A DNA stretch of 64,000 bases. It comes from Candidatus Hermodarchaeota archaeon (lineage in GTDB: Archaea; Asgardarchaeota; Hermodarchaeia; Hermodarchaeales; Hermodarchaeaceae). This document shows, piece by piece, positions 39,050 to 47,722 of the stretch. The notes under the pieces are model-generated. The model worked only from the letters and a program-made list of their open reading frames with translations. It did no database searches and was not told the origin of the DNA. Within the stretch, counting starts at the first letter, position 1, and every line of letters starts with the position of its first letter. The position numbers and the translations under genes are program-made. The stretch is from NCBI GenBank assembly GCA_016839365.1, contig JAEOUH010000071.1, forward strand, positions 12,219-76,218, read 5' to 3'.

Positions 39050-39922
39050 ATGAGGTCCAAGGAAACTGCAAACATGAAAGTGGTTGATTTTCATTTACAC
39101 ATAGGAAAACGGGAACATTGGAACCCAGCTATTCATGCACTTTTTCAAAAACTTAACCCGGGACTTTATGAAATCCAAGACGAGGTTATGATACCAGAAA
39201 ACATCGTTAGGATGCTCGATAGTTGTGGAATAGATTGGGCTGTTATTTTAGCTGAAAATTCCCCAGAAGTTACTGGAGTAGTAACCAACGAATTCGTTGC
39301 TGAATTCTGTGAAAATCACTTAGATCGCCTCATTCCATTTTGTTCGGTTGATCCCACTGAAGATTCCAATCCCGCTAAGACTCTTGAACACGCGATCAAA
39401 ACTCTTGGGATGCGTGGATTGAAGCTCTATCCAACATACCAGCACTTTTATCCGAATGCATATGCAACCTCCAATGATTGGGAGAAGTTGTGGAAATTAT
39501 ACGAAACTGCAGAGACTCTCGATGTTCCTGTTATGTTTCATACGGGAACCAGTATTTTTCCGAATGCCCGGTTGAAATATGGAAACCCGATGTTCTTAGA
39601 TGATGTCGCAACCGACTTTCCGAAAATGCCTGTGATCATCGTTCATGGTGGAAGAGGTCCATGGTTTGAAATGGCTTTCTATGTGACACGGCTCCATTCG
39701 AATACCTACCTTGAGGTTTCCGGTTTGCCTCCGAATAATCTACTCCGATATTTTCCGCAACTTGAGGTAATTGCTGATAAAGTCCTTTTTGGTAGTGATT
39801 GGCCGGGAGTTCTTAGTATAGCTGAAAACATCGAAGCGATTCGAAATCTTAACATAAGCAAAAAAACAAAGAAACAAATTCTTGGCGAGAACGCCATCAA
39901 ATTACTCAAACTGGACTCCTAA
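39050..39922 (+). CDS. Amidohydrolase_2 (TIM-barrel metal hydrolase/decarboxylase, ACMSD-like) family protein
   Basis: VDFHLHIG (HxH), MFHTG, IIVHGG and FGSDWP metal-ligand pattern. GGAGG lies 7 nt upstream of ATG 39050. Confidence 0.78.
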   Translation: MRSKETANMKVVDFHLHIGKREHWNPAIHALFQKLNPGLYEIQDEVMIPENIVRMLDSCGIDWAVILAENSPEVTGVVTNEFVAEFCENHLDRLIPFCSVDPTEDSNPAKTLEHAIKTLGMRGLKLYPTYQHFYPNAYATSNDWEKLWKLYETAETLDVPVMFHTGTSIFPNARLKYGNPMFLDDVATDFPKMPVIIVHGGRGPWFEMAFYVTRLHSNTYLEVSGLPPNNLLRYFPQLEVIADKVLFGSDWPGVLSIAENIEAIRNLNISKKTKKQILGENAIKLLKLDS

Positions 39923-39939
39923 AAACCAGGATTCATCCC

Positions 39940-40167
39940 TCATTTAGGTCGCGTAAAGATGGTAACGAGAGTACAATTATCAGATTGAATACACTCATCA
40001 CAGGTTCGATCAGTCTCAACATCAGCTGTCGGAAAGATCAGCACCTCAAAACCTAATTCCTCATAATTGGCTTTGTATTCGGGAGCACGATGCTTTTCAA
40101 TACTGAATCGTTTTTCCCACCCCTGTTGTCCTAACTCTTTATCTGTCGGAGTATCCATCGAAATCAC
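39940..40167 (-). CDS. Small conserved-looking hypothetical protein (75 aa) at the end of the reductase operon
   Basis: GWEKRFSIEKHRAPEYKANYEELGFEVLIFP...CDECIQSDNC...IFTRPK. It starts 26 nt downstream of the flavoprotein gene on the same strand. Confidence 0.45.
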   Translation of the reverse strand: MISMDTPTDKELGQQGWEKRFSIEKHRAPEYKANYEELGFEVLIFPTADVETDRTCDECIQSDNCTLVTIFTRPK

Positions 40168-40193
40168 CCGAAATAATTGAGAGCTTATTTTGT

Positions 40194-42704
40194 TTAGAAC
40201 AGGTCATCAAGTTCATCTTCACCTGGAATTTTCCCATGATCTTGTACGTACTGTTGGAGAAGCTCAGTTTCTCGTTTTGTGTACATAGGGTCTTCTTCAA
40301 ACTGGAAGAGTTTCGCATTGGGCTGCTGGGTTATCTGCTCTTTCAATGCTGCTTGAAGGCTATCAGTTCCTTTGATAATTAACACCGTCTTTTCCGAGTC
40401 TGCGAGCGTAAATACACCAGGGCCTAATGGAACCTGATCAATTTCCTTTTTTACAAAGAGTAGCCACGCTTCTGGAGGCATGGTGAGTTGAGTCAATAAT
40501 AATCTGAGGTCACATTGCAGACAGCGCTGAGCTTCCTTTTGTGCCACTTCAAGTGGAAGGGCTAGCTCAACCTCTTCAAAGGATGAAACGCGATCATTTT
40601 TTGGAAGTAATGGCAATTTGGGGCGGCCCCATTTGTAGAAGTCCTCATCATGTCCCAATTGATGGTTGATTATTGGATCACCTGCAAGACGCTCAACAAG
40701 AATGCCTGTGCCGCCCAAGTAGGTATCAATCTGCGAAGCGGCTTGTCGACCAGTTGCCATTGCTTCCACCACGGAGGTGGGTCCAGTAACCACATCGCCA
40801 GCCACAAAAATCCCACTTATTTGGGATTCCCAAGTGTTCTCTTTCGTTGCTAAGGTTCCCTCTTCTTTTAGTTTCAGTTCTAATCCCTTACTGATTTTGG
40901 ACAGGTCAACTGATTGACCAACCGCAAAGAAGACAGTATCAGCGGTGATCGTTTGCAATGTTTCTTCATCAAAGCTAGGATTGAAGCAACCTTCCTCATC
41001 GAATACACAGGTACACCGGATTAATTCAACCCCAGAGACCTTTCCATTTTCACACAGAATCCGTCGAGGCCCCCAAGAAGTATGAAGCTCAACACCTTCA
41101 TCAACAGCTTCAGAGATTTCCCATTCATGAGCTGGCATTTCTTCATCAGTTTCTAAACAGGTAAGCATCACTTTTTCAGCGCCTAAACGAATAGAGGTCC
41201 GCGCAACATCAATTGCTACGCTTCCACCACCAACAACAATGACTTCTTTACCAAGATCTGGTTTATCTCCTGCATTCACTTTTTTTAGAAAATCTAATCC
41301 ATTGTAAACGCCTGTGAAATCATGCCCTTCAATCAGTAGATCTTTACCCACTTGTGTCCCGATAGCCAGTAACACAACATCAAAATCGTTTCTTAATTGA
41401 GTAACAGAGATTTCTTCACCAATGGGAGTTCCCGTTTTCATCTTGACACCCATGTCAGTAAGAACCTGGATGTCAGCTTCTAGAACTGTTCGTGGTAGCC
41501 GATAAGATGGAATCCCAGATCGAAGCATTCCTCCGGGCTCCATTTGCTCTTCAAAGATGGTTACATCATGCCCCAATCGGGCAAGGTAGAATGCGGCACT
41601 TAGACCAGCAGGTCCAGAGCCGACGATACCAACACGTTTTCCTGTTGATTTAGAAATCGATAATTCTGATTGCCATTGACGGGTATCATTCTCAACTGCA
41701 GTTCGTTTGAGTCCCATTATGCATAAAGCACCATTGAGATCTGTTCGGCGACATTTCTCTTCACAGGGATGATGGCATACATGAGCTAGCACGGATGGGA
41801 GTGCAGCCTTTTCGCGAATAACAGCAGTGGCTTGTGTATAATCACCTGCTGCTACCAGACGAAGGTATCGCGGAATATCAATTTCCAAAGGACAATTATT
41901 GACACAGGGCAATAGGACGGCTTCTCGGTCAGCCCAGATTACTTCCTGATCTAACAACGCACCAGTGGGACAGACTTCCACGCACGCCCCACAGAATTTA
42001 CAACCAGATTCACCCAGACTTATAGCCTTTGATCCAACAAGTAATTGTTTCCCATCAAAAGCCATTCCCAGTGCATCAATGTCACGTAGGTCACTACAGG
42101 CCCTAATACAACGAGTGCATCCAATGCATAAATTGTAATTGCGGATGATTAGTGGTTCATCTTCAATTTTCGGAAGCTTTTGAGGAACGTAGCGAGGGGT
42201 GTCTTCCCGAATGCCCACATATTCTGCTACTTTCTGCAGTTCACAACGTCCAAATTTCTCACAACATCTTTCATCAACTGGAACATTGGGTGGGCAAGGT
42301 TCACGGGCACAACCTTCTCGTTGTGCACAGGTCAAACATGCATGGGGGTGAGTAGATAATATTGATACTAGCTTTTCTTGGCGGTGTGCAACAATTGCTG
42401 GTGTGTCAATAAATACAACCATTCCTTCCTCAACAACGGTGTCACAAGCCTGAAGAATTCCATCACGCCCTTCAATTTCAATTGCACAGAGGCCACAGCC
42501 CTCATAATCTACGTTCCCTCCAATGTTCTTGATTTCTTGAGACCCGCGAAAGACATTGCCAGTAGTTTTCTTTCCCACTCCAGATGGTAAATCGGGGTGA
42601 TAACACAAGCGAGGGATATACAAATCCACAGATTCTGCCGCAGTTAGTATGCTTGAGCCCTCATCTACTTCAGCTTCGATGCCATTTATTGTCAGTTTTA
42701 CCAT
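40194..42704 (-). CDS. Multidomain Fe-S flavoprotein: NuoG-like 2Fe-2S/4Fe-4S N-terminus fused to a GltD/NfnB-like NAD(P)H:FAD oxidoreductase plus an uncharacterised C-terminal module
   Basis: VKLTINGIEAEVDEGSSIL...RLCYHP (2Fe-2S), HPHACLTCAQ, CIGCTRCIRAC and CKFCGACVEVCP. GltD-like CVNNCP and CHHPCEEKC follow, then GIVGSGPAGLSAAFYL and VVGGGSVAID dinucleotide folds. Confidence 0.85.
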   Translation of the reverse strand: MVKLTINGIEAEVDEGSSILTAAESVDLYIPRLCYHPDLPSGVGKKTTGNVFRGSQEIKNIGGNVDYEGCGLCAIEIEGRDGILQACDTVVEEGMVVFIDTPAIVAHRQEKLVSILSTHPHACLTCAQREGCAREPCPPNVPVDERCCEKFGRCELQKVAEYVGIREDTPRYVPQKLPKIEDEPLIIRNYNLCIGCTRCIRACSDLRDIDALGMAFDGKQLLVGSKAISLGESGCKFCGACVEVCPTGALLDQEVIWADREAVLLPCVNNCPLEIDIPRYLRLVAAGDYTQATAVIREKAALPSVLAHVCHHPCEEKCRRTDLNGALCIMGLKRTAVENDTRQWQSELSISKSTGKRVGIVGSGPAGLSAAFYLARLGHDVTIFEEQMEPGGMLRSGIPSYRLPRTVLEADIQVLTDMGVKMKTGTPIGEEISVTQLRNDFDVVLLAIGTQVGKDLLIEGHDFTGVYNGLDFLKKVNAGDKPDLGKEVIVVGGGSVAIDVARTSIRLGAEKVMLTCLETDEEMPAHEWEISEAVDEGVELHTSWGPRRILCENGKVSGVELIRCTCVFDEEGCFNPSFDEETLQTITADTVFFAVGQSVDLSKISKGLELKLKEEGTLATKENTWESQISGIFVAGDVVTGPTSVVEAMATGRQAASQIDTYLGGTGILVERLAGDPIINHQLGHDEDFYKWGRPKLPLLPKNDRVSSFEEVELALPLEVAQKEAQRCLQCDLRLLLTQLTMPPEAWLLFVKKEIDQVPLGPGVFTLADSEKTVLIIKGTDSLQAALKEQITQQPNAKLFQFEEDPMYTKRETELLQQYVQDHGKIPGEDELDDLF

Positions 42705-42769
42705 TGGCTTCCACCTTCTCGAAGAGGCTTTGGTGCATAAAGTTGGTATGGGTGACGATTATATTGTGA

Positions 42770-43087
42770 TTAGAGCATCTGCCCTTTTGCAGTGCTAAGG
42801 AAATGGGTAATAGCTTGAGTTGGGCAAGCTGATACACAAGGGGGGTCATCGTCCCCGCCTGTTTTCTTACAGGGAGCACAACTGTATTTGAGCTTGTGTC
42901 GATGTTCCTCTTGGACACTCATGATGTTGCCATCATCAATATCGAAATCGTTTGGGATAACTTCTAACACTGATGCAGGACAGACTTCAGCACATTTACC
43001 ACACCCATCGCATTTGGCTGTATCCAAAGCGATGAAATATTCCCCGGAACCATCCTTGTACCCGTAATTAGCAATCAACATTATCAC
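42770..43087 (-). CDS. 2x[4Fe-4S]-type ferredoxin
   Basis: CDGCGKCAEVCP and CAPC...CVSACP motifs; 105 aa. It lies immediately downstream of the reductase ATPase genes. Confidence 0.8.
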   Translation of the reverse strand: MIMLIANYGYKDGSGEYFIALDTAKCDGCGKCAEVCPASVLEVIPNDFDIDDGNIMSVQEEHRHKLKYSCAPCKKTGGDDDPPCVSACPTQAITHFLSTAKGQML

Positions 43088-43096
43088 CTAGATAAA

Positions 43097-43987
43097 TTAG
43101 CCTTGAGAGCGTTCGTAGAGTACCTTTGCAAAAAGTGCGGCTCCTGCCGCACCAGCCAGCATCGGATCAAAACGTGGGTCACCACGCCATTGGTCCGGTT
43201 TGAGGGCCTGAATTCCCAGCTCTTTTTCAACACGTTTGACGATTCCAATGTTTTTGGCAATCCCACCTGTGATGACGAATTCTTTCTCGATACCCACTCG
43301 ATTGAGCAGATCAACGACACGATGGGCCATGGCTTGGCAATAGGCGGCCAAAACCTCATCTTTTGACCAGCCACTGCGAAGAAGACCCACAGCTTCAGAC
43401 TTGGCGAAGACTACACAGGTGCTACTTACTGATTGGGGTTCCTCTTTTACAGCAAGGGATCTGTCTCCGACTTCCTGAATAGGGACAGAGAGTAGATCGG
43501 CAAACACTTCCATACCTCGACCAGTTCCTGCTGCGCATTTATCATTCATCAGGAAGTTCTGGACTTTACCTTTTTCATCAACGCGAATGGCTTTGCAATC
43601 CTGTCCGCCCATATCGAGAACCGTTCGAACAGTAGGTCCCCACATGAAATTAGCTCCACGACCATGACAGGCAATCTCAGTAATTGCCTTTTGTGCGAAG
43701 GGAATGTTAACTCGTCCATACCCAGTTCCTACAACATAATTCACTTCTTTGAGGGTCAGTCCAGTATCCTCAAGAGCCCAGTTCATTGTTCGTTCAGCAC
43801 TATCAGGACTGCTGGAGCCGGTTCGCATGACACTCTGTGCAAATACTTCTCCATCTACCATGATTACAGTCTTTGAACTGACAGATCCGATGTCGACCCC
43901 TCCACTGATGACCTTCCCTTTCGTGGGATCGATGCCTTCGACTGTGTGTCGGTATTCCGGCCATCTCCAGAATTCTTCTTTGCTCAT
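43097..43987 (-). CDS. BcrAD/BadFG-family ATPase subunit (aryl-CoA reductase / dehydratase-activator type), copy 2
   Basis: ISGGVDIGSVSSK (ASKHA phosphate-1), cluster Cys in NDKCAAGTGRG and SSTCVVFAKSE, and ITGGIAKN. ATG 43987 is preceded by AGGAG (ORF track GTG 43996). Confidence 0.85.
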   Translation of the reverse strand: MSKEEFWRWPEYRHTVEGIDPTKGKVISGGVDIGSVSSKTVIMVDGEVFAQSVMRTGSSSPDSAERTMNWALEDTGLTLKEVNYVVGTGYGRVNIPFAQKAITEIACHGRGANFMWGPTVRTVLDMGGQDCKAIRVDEKGKVQNFLMNDKCAAGTGRGMEVFADLLSVPIQEVGDRSLAVKEEPQSVSSTCVVFAKSEAVGLLRSGWSKDEVLAAYCQAMAHRVVDLLNRVGIEKEFVITGGIAKNIGIVKRVEKELGIQALKPDQWRGDPRFDPMLAGAAGAALFAKVLYERSQG

Positions 43988-43992
43988 TTTCA

Positions 43993-44769
43993 TCACTCCT
44001 TTACTCTTTCCTGAGCGACCAGGGCAGCCCCATAAGCACTCACATACTCAGGAAACTCAGGCACATGAACTTCCACCCCTAATCCATGTTTCATCGAGTC
44101 CACAAAGCCCACATCATAGGCGAGTCCCCCAATCAAAAGAACGTCTTCAGTTATCCCAAGCCTTCGCACCATTGACACCACTCGTTCAGCAATTGCATCA
44201 TGAATCGCACGAGCAATGTTTGCTTTGGGGGTCTGATTGTGAATGAGTGAGACGACTTCAGATTCCGCAAAGACCGTACATTGTGCATTCATGGGAACAG
44301 CTTCAGTGGCTTTCAAAGACATTGGACCCATCTGTCCCAATTCGACTTCCAATGCACGAGACATGGCTTCAACAAATGCGCCTGCCCCAGCAGCACACCG
44401 TTCATTCACCACAAAGTCCTTCATACTCCCAGTTTCATCACATTTGACCGCACGTGCTTCCTCAGCCCCGACATCAATAATGGTCCGAGCAGTGGCTAGC
44501 AATTTGACCCCTGCTTTAGCATTTGCTCCCACTTCACTGACACTATCAGCCGCAAAATCCACTGATCCTTGGCCAATTCCAGTTTCAGTGATGTGCACAA
44601 TATCCTCAATCTTCAACTCCGCTGCCTTAAGGGCCATCTCAGAGGCAGCCTTAGCTGCAATTTTCAGATCGAATCCCGTAAGGGCGGAACCACGAGCAAC
44701 TATCTTGTCATCATTGAGAATAACAACTTTCACATTCTTTGCGCCAAAATCGATTCCTGCAGTAATCAC
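43993..44769 (-). CDS. BcrAD/BadFG-family ATPase subunit, copy 1
   Basis: ITAGIDFGAKNVK, NERCAAGAGAF, NAQCTVFAESE and LIGGLAYD. GTG 44769 lies 7 nt after GGAGGTG. The ORF track start at 44910 would overlap the upstream gene. Confidence 0.85.
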   Translation of the reverse strand: MITAGIDFGAKNVKVVILNDDKIVARGSALTGFDLKIAAKAASEMALKAAELKIEDIVHITETGIGQGSVDFAADSVSEVGANAKAGVKLLATARTIIDVGAEEARAVKCDETGSMKDFVVNERCAAGAGAFVEAMSRALEVELGQMGPMSLKATEAVPMNAQCTVFAESEVVSLIHNQTPKANIARAIHDAIAERVVSMVRRLGITEDVLLIGGLAYDVGFVDSMKHGLGVEVHVPEFPEYVSAYGAALVAQERVKE

Positions 44770-44782
44770 CTGTTTACACCTC

Positions 44783-46081
44783 CTACTTAACTCCCAATAG
44801 TTCCAAGAAGGAATCCACCGCCTTCTTAGTGCGTTCCAAATCGAATTCGCGTTCATCACCCATATTCCCTTCAAAGGGAAGAACGGGTATACCTGCTTCT
44901 TTGAAAGCAAGACGATTCTCGGCGATGTTCAATGTCAACCCTTCACAACCACGATTATAATGCAACATTACTCCATCAACCTTCCATTCTCGCACAATCC
45001 GGAGCATCAAATCGCTCTTTTCATGAGCGGAATAGAAATGCTGCCACTCAGGTCGAGCATGCGTCCAATCAGCCAATATTTCAAGGGCCTGCTTACGGGT
45101 TTTAATATCAATCCCTTGCTGTTGGGGAGTTGTTCTGGGACCCCAAGTCCCATCCTCTTTCACTTCCCATGCCCCAATCAAGGAAAAAGTGTAAAGTGAT
45201 CCAACGGACACCACACCATGCTTTTCGAGATACCGAAACACTTCTAAAAATCCCCAAGGAGGTTGAGTATCGGTGATGACTCGTCGTTGTTCATTACCCA
45301 CTGCGGCAATTTTGGTATCGACCCGATCTTGAACTTCATCACGAAGTTTTCGATAAAAGGCAACAACCTCTGGACGATGTTTCATGAGGGTTCCAAAGAC
45401 ATAGAGTGAATACATCGTCTTTTCATCAAGTGGAGCTGGAATGGTTTTATTCAACACACAAATCTCAGCCCAAAGAGATGTGGCTTCACATTCGTTATAC
45501 ACAGCTTGGATAAGCTTCTCATCATCATAGTCGCGACCAGTGGTTTTCTCTAACCAATCAATCCCATCAAGCAACTGATTGACCACGTACCCTCGACGTC
45601 TTTCATTGAAATCCTCGGTTAACCCAGTGCTTACATCAATACAAAAGAATGGAACTCCGCCTTCAAGATCGCTAGCAATTTGATACCACTTTGCATGACT
45701 ACAGCAGATGTGAGTTGTCCACATGAAATCTGGTTTGGGAAACTCCCCACCGAACACATATTCATCTAAAACAACAGAGCCCAGATAATTGCGTAAATAC
45801 GCACATAAATCCCTTGCAAATCCTTTTGCCTCAATTGCCTCCTGACAACGAGCGGCAAATTCCTTGTTGAAGGCTACTGAAGCACCATAAGGTTCGCCAG
45901 TCAGGCTCCATACATCATCGCCCAACCCGGAAGGTACAGCGCTATAAGCCCATGCTCCACCAGCCCATCGGATTCCACCCCGCTCATGGGCCTTAGCATA
46001 ATTCTCGTAATATTGTTGTCGTAATGCTTTGCCTTCATTCCAGATATCCAAAGGTTTGGTTTGATATTTCATCTCAGTCAT
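44783..46081 (-). CDS. Benzoyl-CoA reductase/2-hydroxyacyl-CoA dehydratase family large subunit (BcrB/BzdO-like)
   Basis: PF06050-like sequence: GGIRWAGGAWAY...DLCAYLRNYLG...HICCSHAKWY...VDGVMLHYNRGCEG. ATG 46081 is preceded by AGGTGAT. Confidence 0.8.
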   Translation of the reverse strand: MTEMKYQTKPLDIWNEGKALRQQYYENYAKAHERGGIRWAGGAWAYSAVPSGLGDDVWSLTGEPYGASVAFNKEFAARCQEAIEAKGFARDLCAYLRNYLGSVVLDEYVFGGEFPKPDFMWTTHICCSHAKWYQIASDLEGGVPFFCIDVSTGLTEDFNERRRGYVVNQLLDGIDWLEKTTGRDYDDEKLIQAVYNECEATSLWAEICVLNKTIPAPLDEKTMYSLYVFGTLMKHRPEVVAFYRKLRDEVQDRVDTKIAAVGNEQRRVITDTQPPWGFLEVFRYLEKHGVVSVGSLYTFSLIGAWEVKEDGTWGPRTTPQQQGIDIKTRKQALEILADWTHARPEWQHFYSAHEKSDLMLRIVREWKVDGVMLHYNRGCEGLTLNIAENRLAFKEAGIPVLPFEGNMGDEREFDLERTKKAVDSFLELLGVK

Positions 46082-46090
46082 CTTCATCAC

Positions 46091-47215
46091 CTAATATAGG
46101 TCGGGTAATGCAAAGGTCTCCAGAAACGCTTCTACACGAGTCTTAAACTGTCCAATTGGTACTGTTACATCAAACTCTAAGAAATAGGTGGGAATGCCAT
46201 TCTCTTGAAGCATTTGTCGTAAAGCAGGCATATCCAATTCATGTGGATCACAGAATTTCTGCTGGATGACAAGAGCACCCTGAACATTGTAGTCCTTTGC
46301 AAGTTGCAGTATATGTGGGAATCGCTTCCGATCTGGCCAATCCTTGCTAGGACACGGGGGTCTATCAATATATCGAGCAGCGATAGCCATCAGTCGGTCA
46401 TCTTGGAGTTCAACTTCGTTCCAGAAATAACGAGTGCCAGTACAATGGTCATCGACGACTAGTGTGGAGTCCAGTGTTTCGACCATTTTCACAAATTCTG
46501 TGTCGTCGTCTTCACTTCCCAAGATCATCAGACGAGTCCCCGTATTCCTGTCCAGCTTCCGATTTGGCAGTTCTTTGAGTACTTCTTCTAGAGCCTGGTT
46601 ATGTTCTTCTTTGTCGACCATTTGACTTGAGACAACCATATACATCGCTTCAAGTCCAGTTAAAGGTGGATTCTCTTGTTTGCGGTATTCATACACTTTT
46701 TTCATCAATTGGCGATTCTTATTCACAACCTCGATGCCCCGATCAATGTCTTTATCCGAAATTGAGCGGCCAATCCATTTTTCTAAAGCCTGCTTGAAGA
46801 CCTCAAGTTCCCCACGTAAATATGGGTATGCATGGGGGGTCTGTACTCCATGGGGCATGTACAAGTAGAAACTGAATTCTTGGGGAATGTGCTTTATCCA
46901 GCTGTTGTAAGTTTGTCGAATATGGAGACATGATTGAGCAATCATGACTCCATTGAGATAGTCATAGCGACCTTTCAAACCTTGAGCTAAGCAGTCACGA
47001 CAAAAGGGGCAAAACATGCCAAAGATATGTGGTTCCGTTACATCCTGTGCCTCGTGGCTACCCAGGATGCGAACTGGAAGGATATCAGCCGCAATAATGA
47101 GTTCTTCAGGAACGTAGGTACAAAAGTAACCAAGCACTTTACCACCCGTACGCTTTTTCCAAGCCTGAGCATAGTCGTGTCGGTTGGTAAACCATTCTTT
47201 GAATTTCTCAAACAT
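46091..47215 (-). CDS. Benzoyl-CoA reductase/2-hydroxyacyl-CoA dehydratase family subunit (BcrC/BzdN-like)
   Basis: GKVLGYFCTYVPEELI, FCPFCRDCL, DDHCTGTRY and QQKFCDPHELD are conserved Cys contexts of this family. First gene of the operon. Confidence 0.8.
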   Translation of the reverse strand: MFEKFKEWFTNRHDYAQAWKKRTGGKVLGYFCTYVPEELIIAADILPVRILGSHEAQDVTEPHIFGMFCPFCRDCLAQGLKGRYDYLNGVMIAQSCLHIRQTYNSWIKHIPQEFSFYLYMPHGVQTPHAYPYLRGELEVFKQALEKWIGRSISDKDIDRGIEVVNKNRQLMKKVYEYRKQENPPLTGLEAMYMVVSSQMVDKEEHNQALEEVLKELPNRKLDRNTGTRLMILGSEDDDTEFVKMVETLDSTLVVDDHCTGTRYFWNEVELQDDRLMAIAARYIDRPPCPSKDWPDRKRFPHILQLAKDYNVQGALVIQQKFCDPHELDMPALRQMLQENGIPTYFLEFDVTVPIGQFKTRVEAFLETFALPDLY

Positions 47216-47449
47216 CGGGATCTTCCTGCTCTGAAAAACACTTAGGAGAGAGCGTCTTGTTCGCGGAGTAATAGAGTGATATTCCTTAAGAATTTTTGCA
47301 AAACTGTTTTATAATGATTGTTGGTTATTTAATATTGATAAAAAGAAATAGCAAGAATATGCACAAACCATCAGGGAGTTGTTAGTCTGACAGACTGGTT
47401 CGCTCAAAAGACTCGAAACCTACTTTCAGCAATTACCCACCCCTCACGC

Positions 47450-47722
47450 GTGGCGATTCTAGAATTCTTATCTGACCGTGATTTTGGAACAAATAAATCC
47501 CTTAGACAACACCTCAAAATGTTACAACCTAAAGCGGGTGGTGATTCACCAGCAGTAGTTACCCATCATGTCACTTTGCTTGAAAAATCTGGCCTGGTAA
47601 GGCATTCAGAGGATGATGCCCGGGTTATAGTTGCAACAGCGATGGGACGTAGAATGACTCGATTGTTAAGACAAATGATAACTAATTCGGACTTGGAGGA
47701 GTCGTGGGATCGTTCCCTTTAG
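47450..47722 (+). CDS. ArsR/SmtB-family wHTH regulator (start codon problematic)
   Basis: VTHHVTLLEKSGLVRH is the recognition-helix signature. The conserved alpha-1 motif (LLSAITHPSRVAILEFL) starts upstream of the first canonical start (GTG 47450), in an open frame that lacks ATG/GTG/TTG. Confidence 0.65.
   Translation: MAILEFLSDRDFGTNKSLRQHLKMLQPKAGGDSPAVVTHHVTLLEKSGLVRHSEDDARVIVATAMGRRMTRLLRQMITNSDLEESWDRSL

Noticed and set aside
44243-44800. A long plus-strand ORF (185 aa) and many similar 60-150 aa ORFs lie antisense to strongly supported genes. Examples are 6924-7382, 8509-8892, 12607-13011, 43749-44246 and 49332-49736.
   Set aside because: They are Ser/Ala/Thr/Arg-rich shadow ORFs lying entirely inside genes with clear family motifs on the other strand. 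None has motifs of its own.
43981-46095. A near-identical 13-nt start context, GTGATGAA(A/G)ATGA preceded by AGG, occurs at two operon genes (starts at 43987 and 46081).
   Set aside because: It is best explained as a Shine-Dalgarno-like element plus similar MMKM N-termini. It is too short to indicate a repeat element or recombination site.
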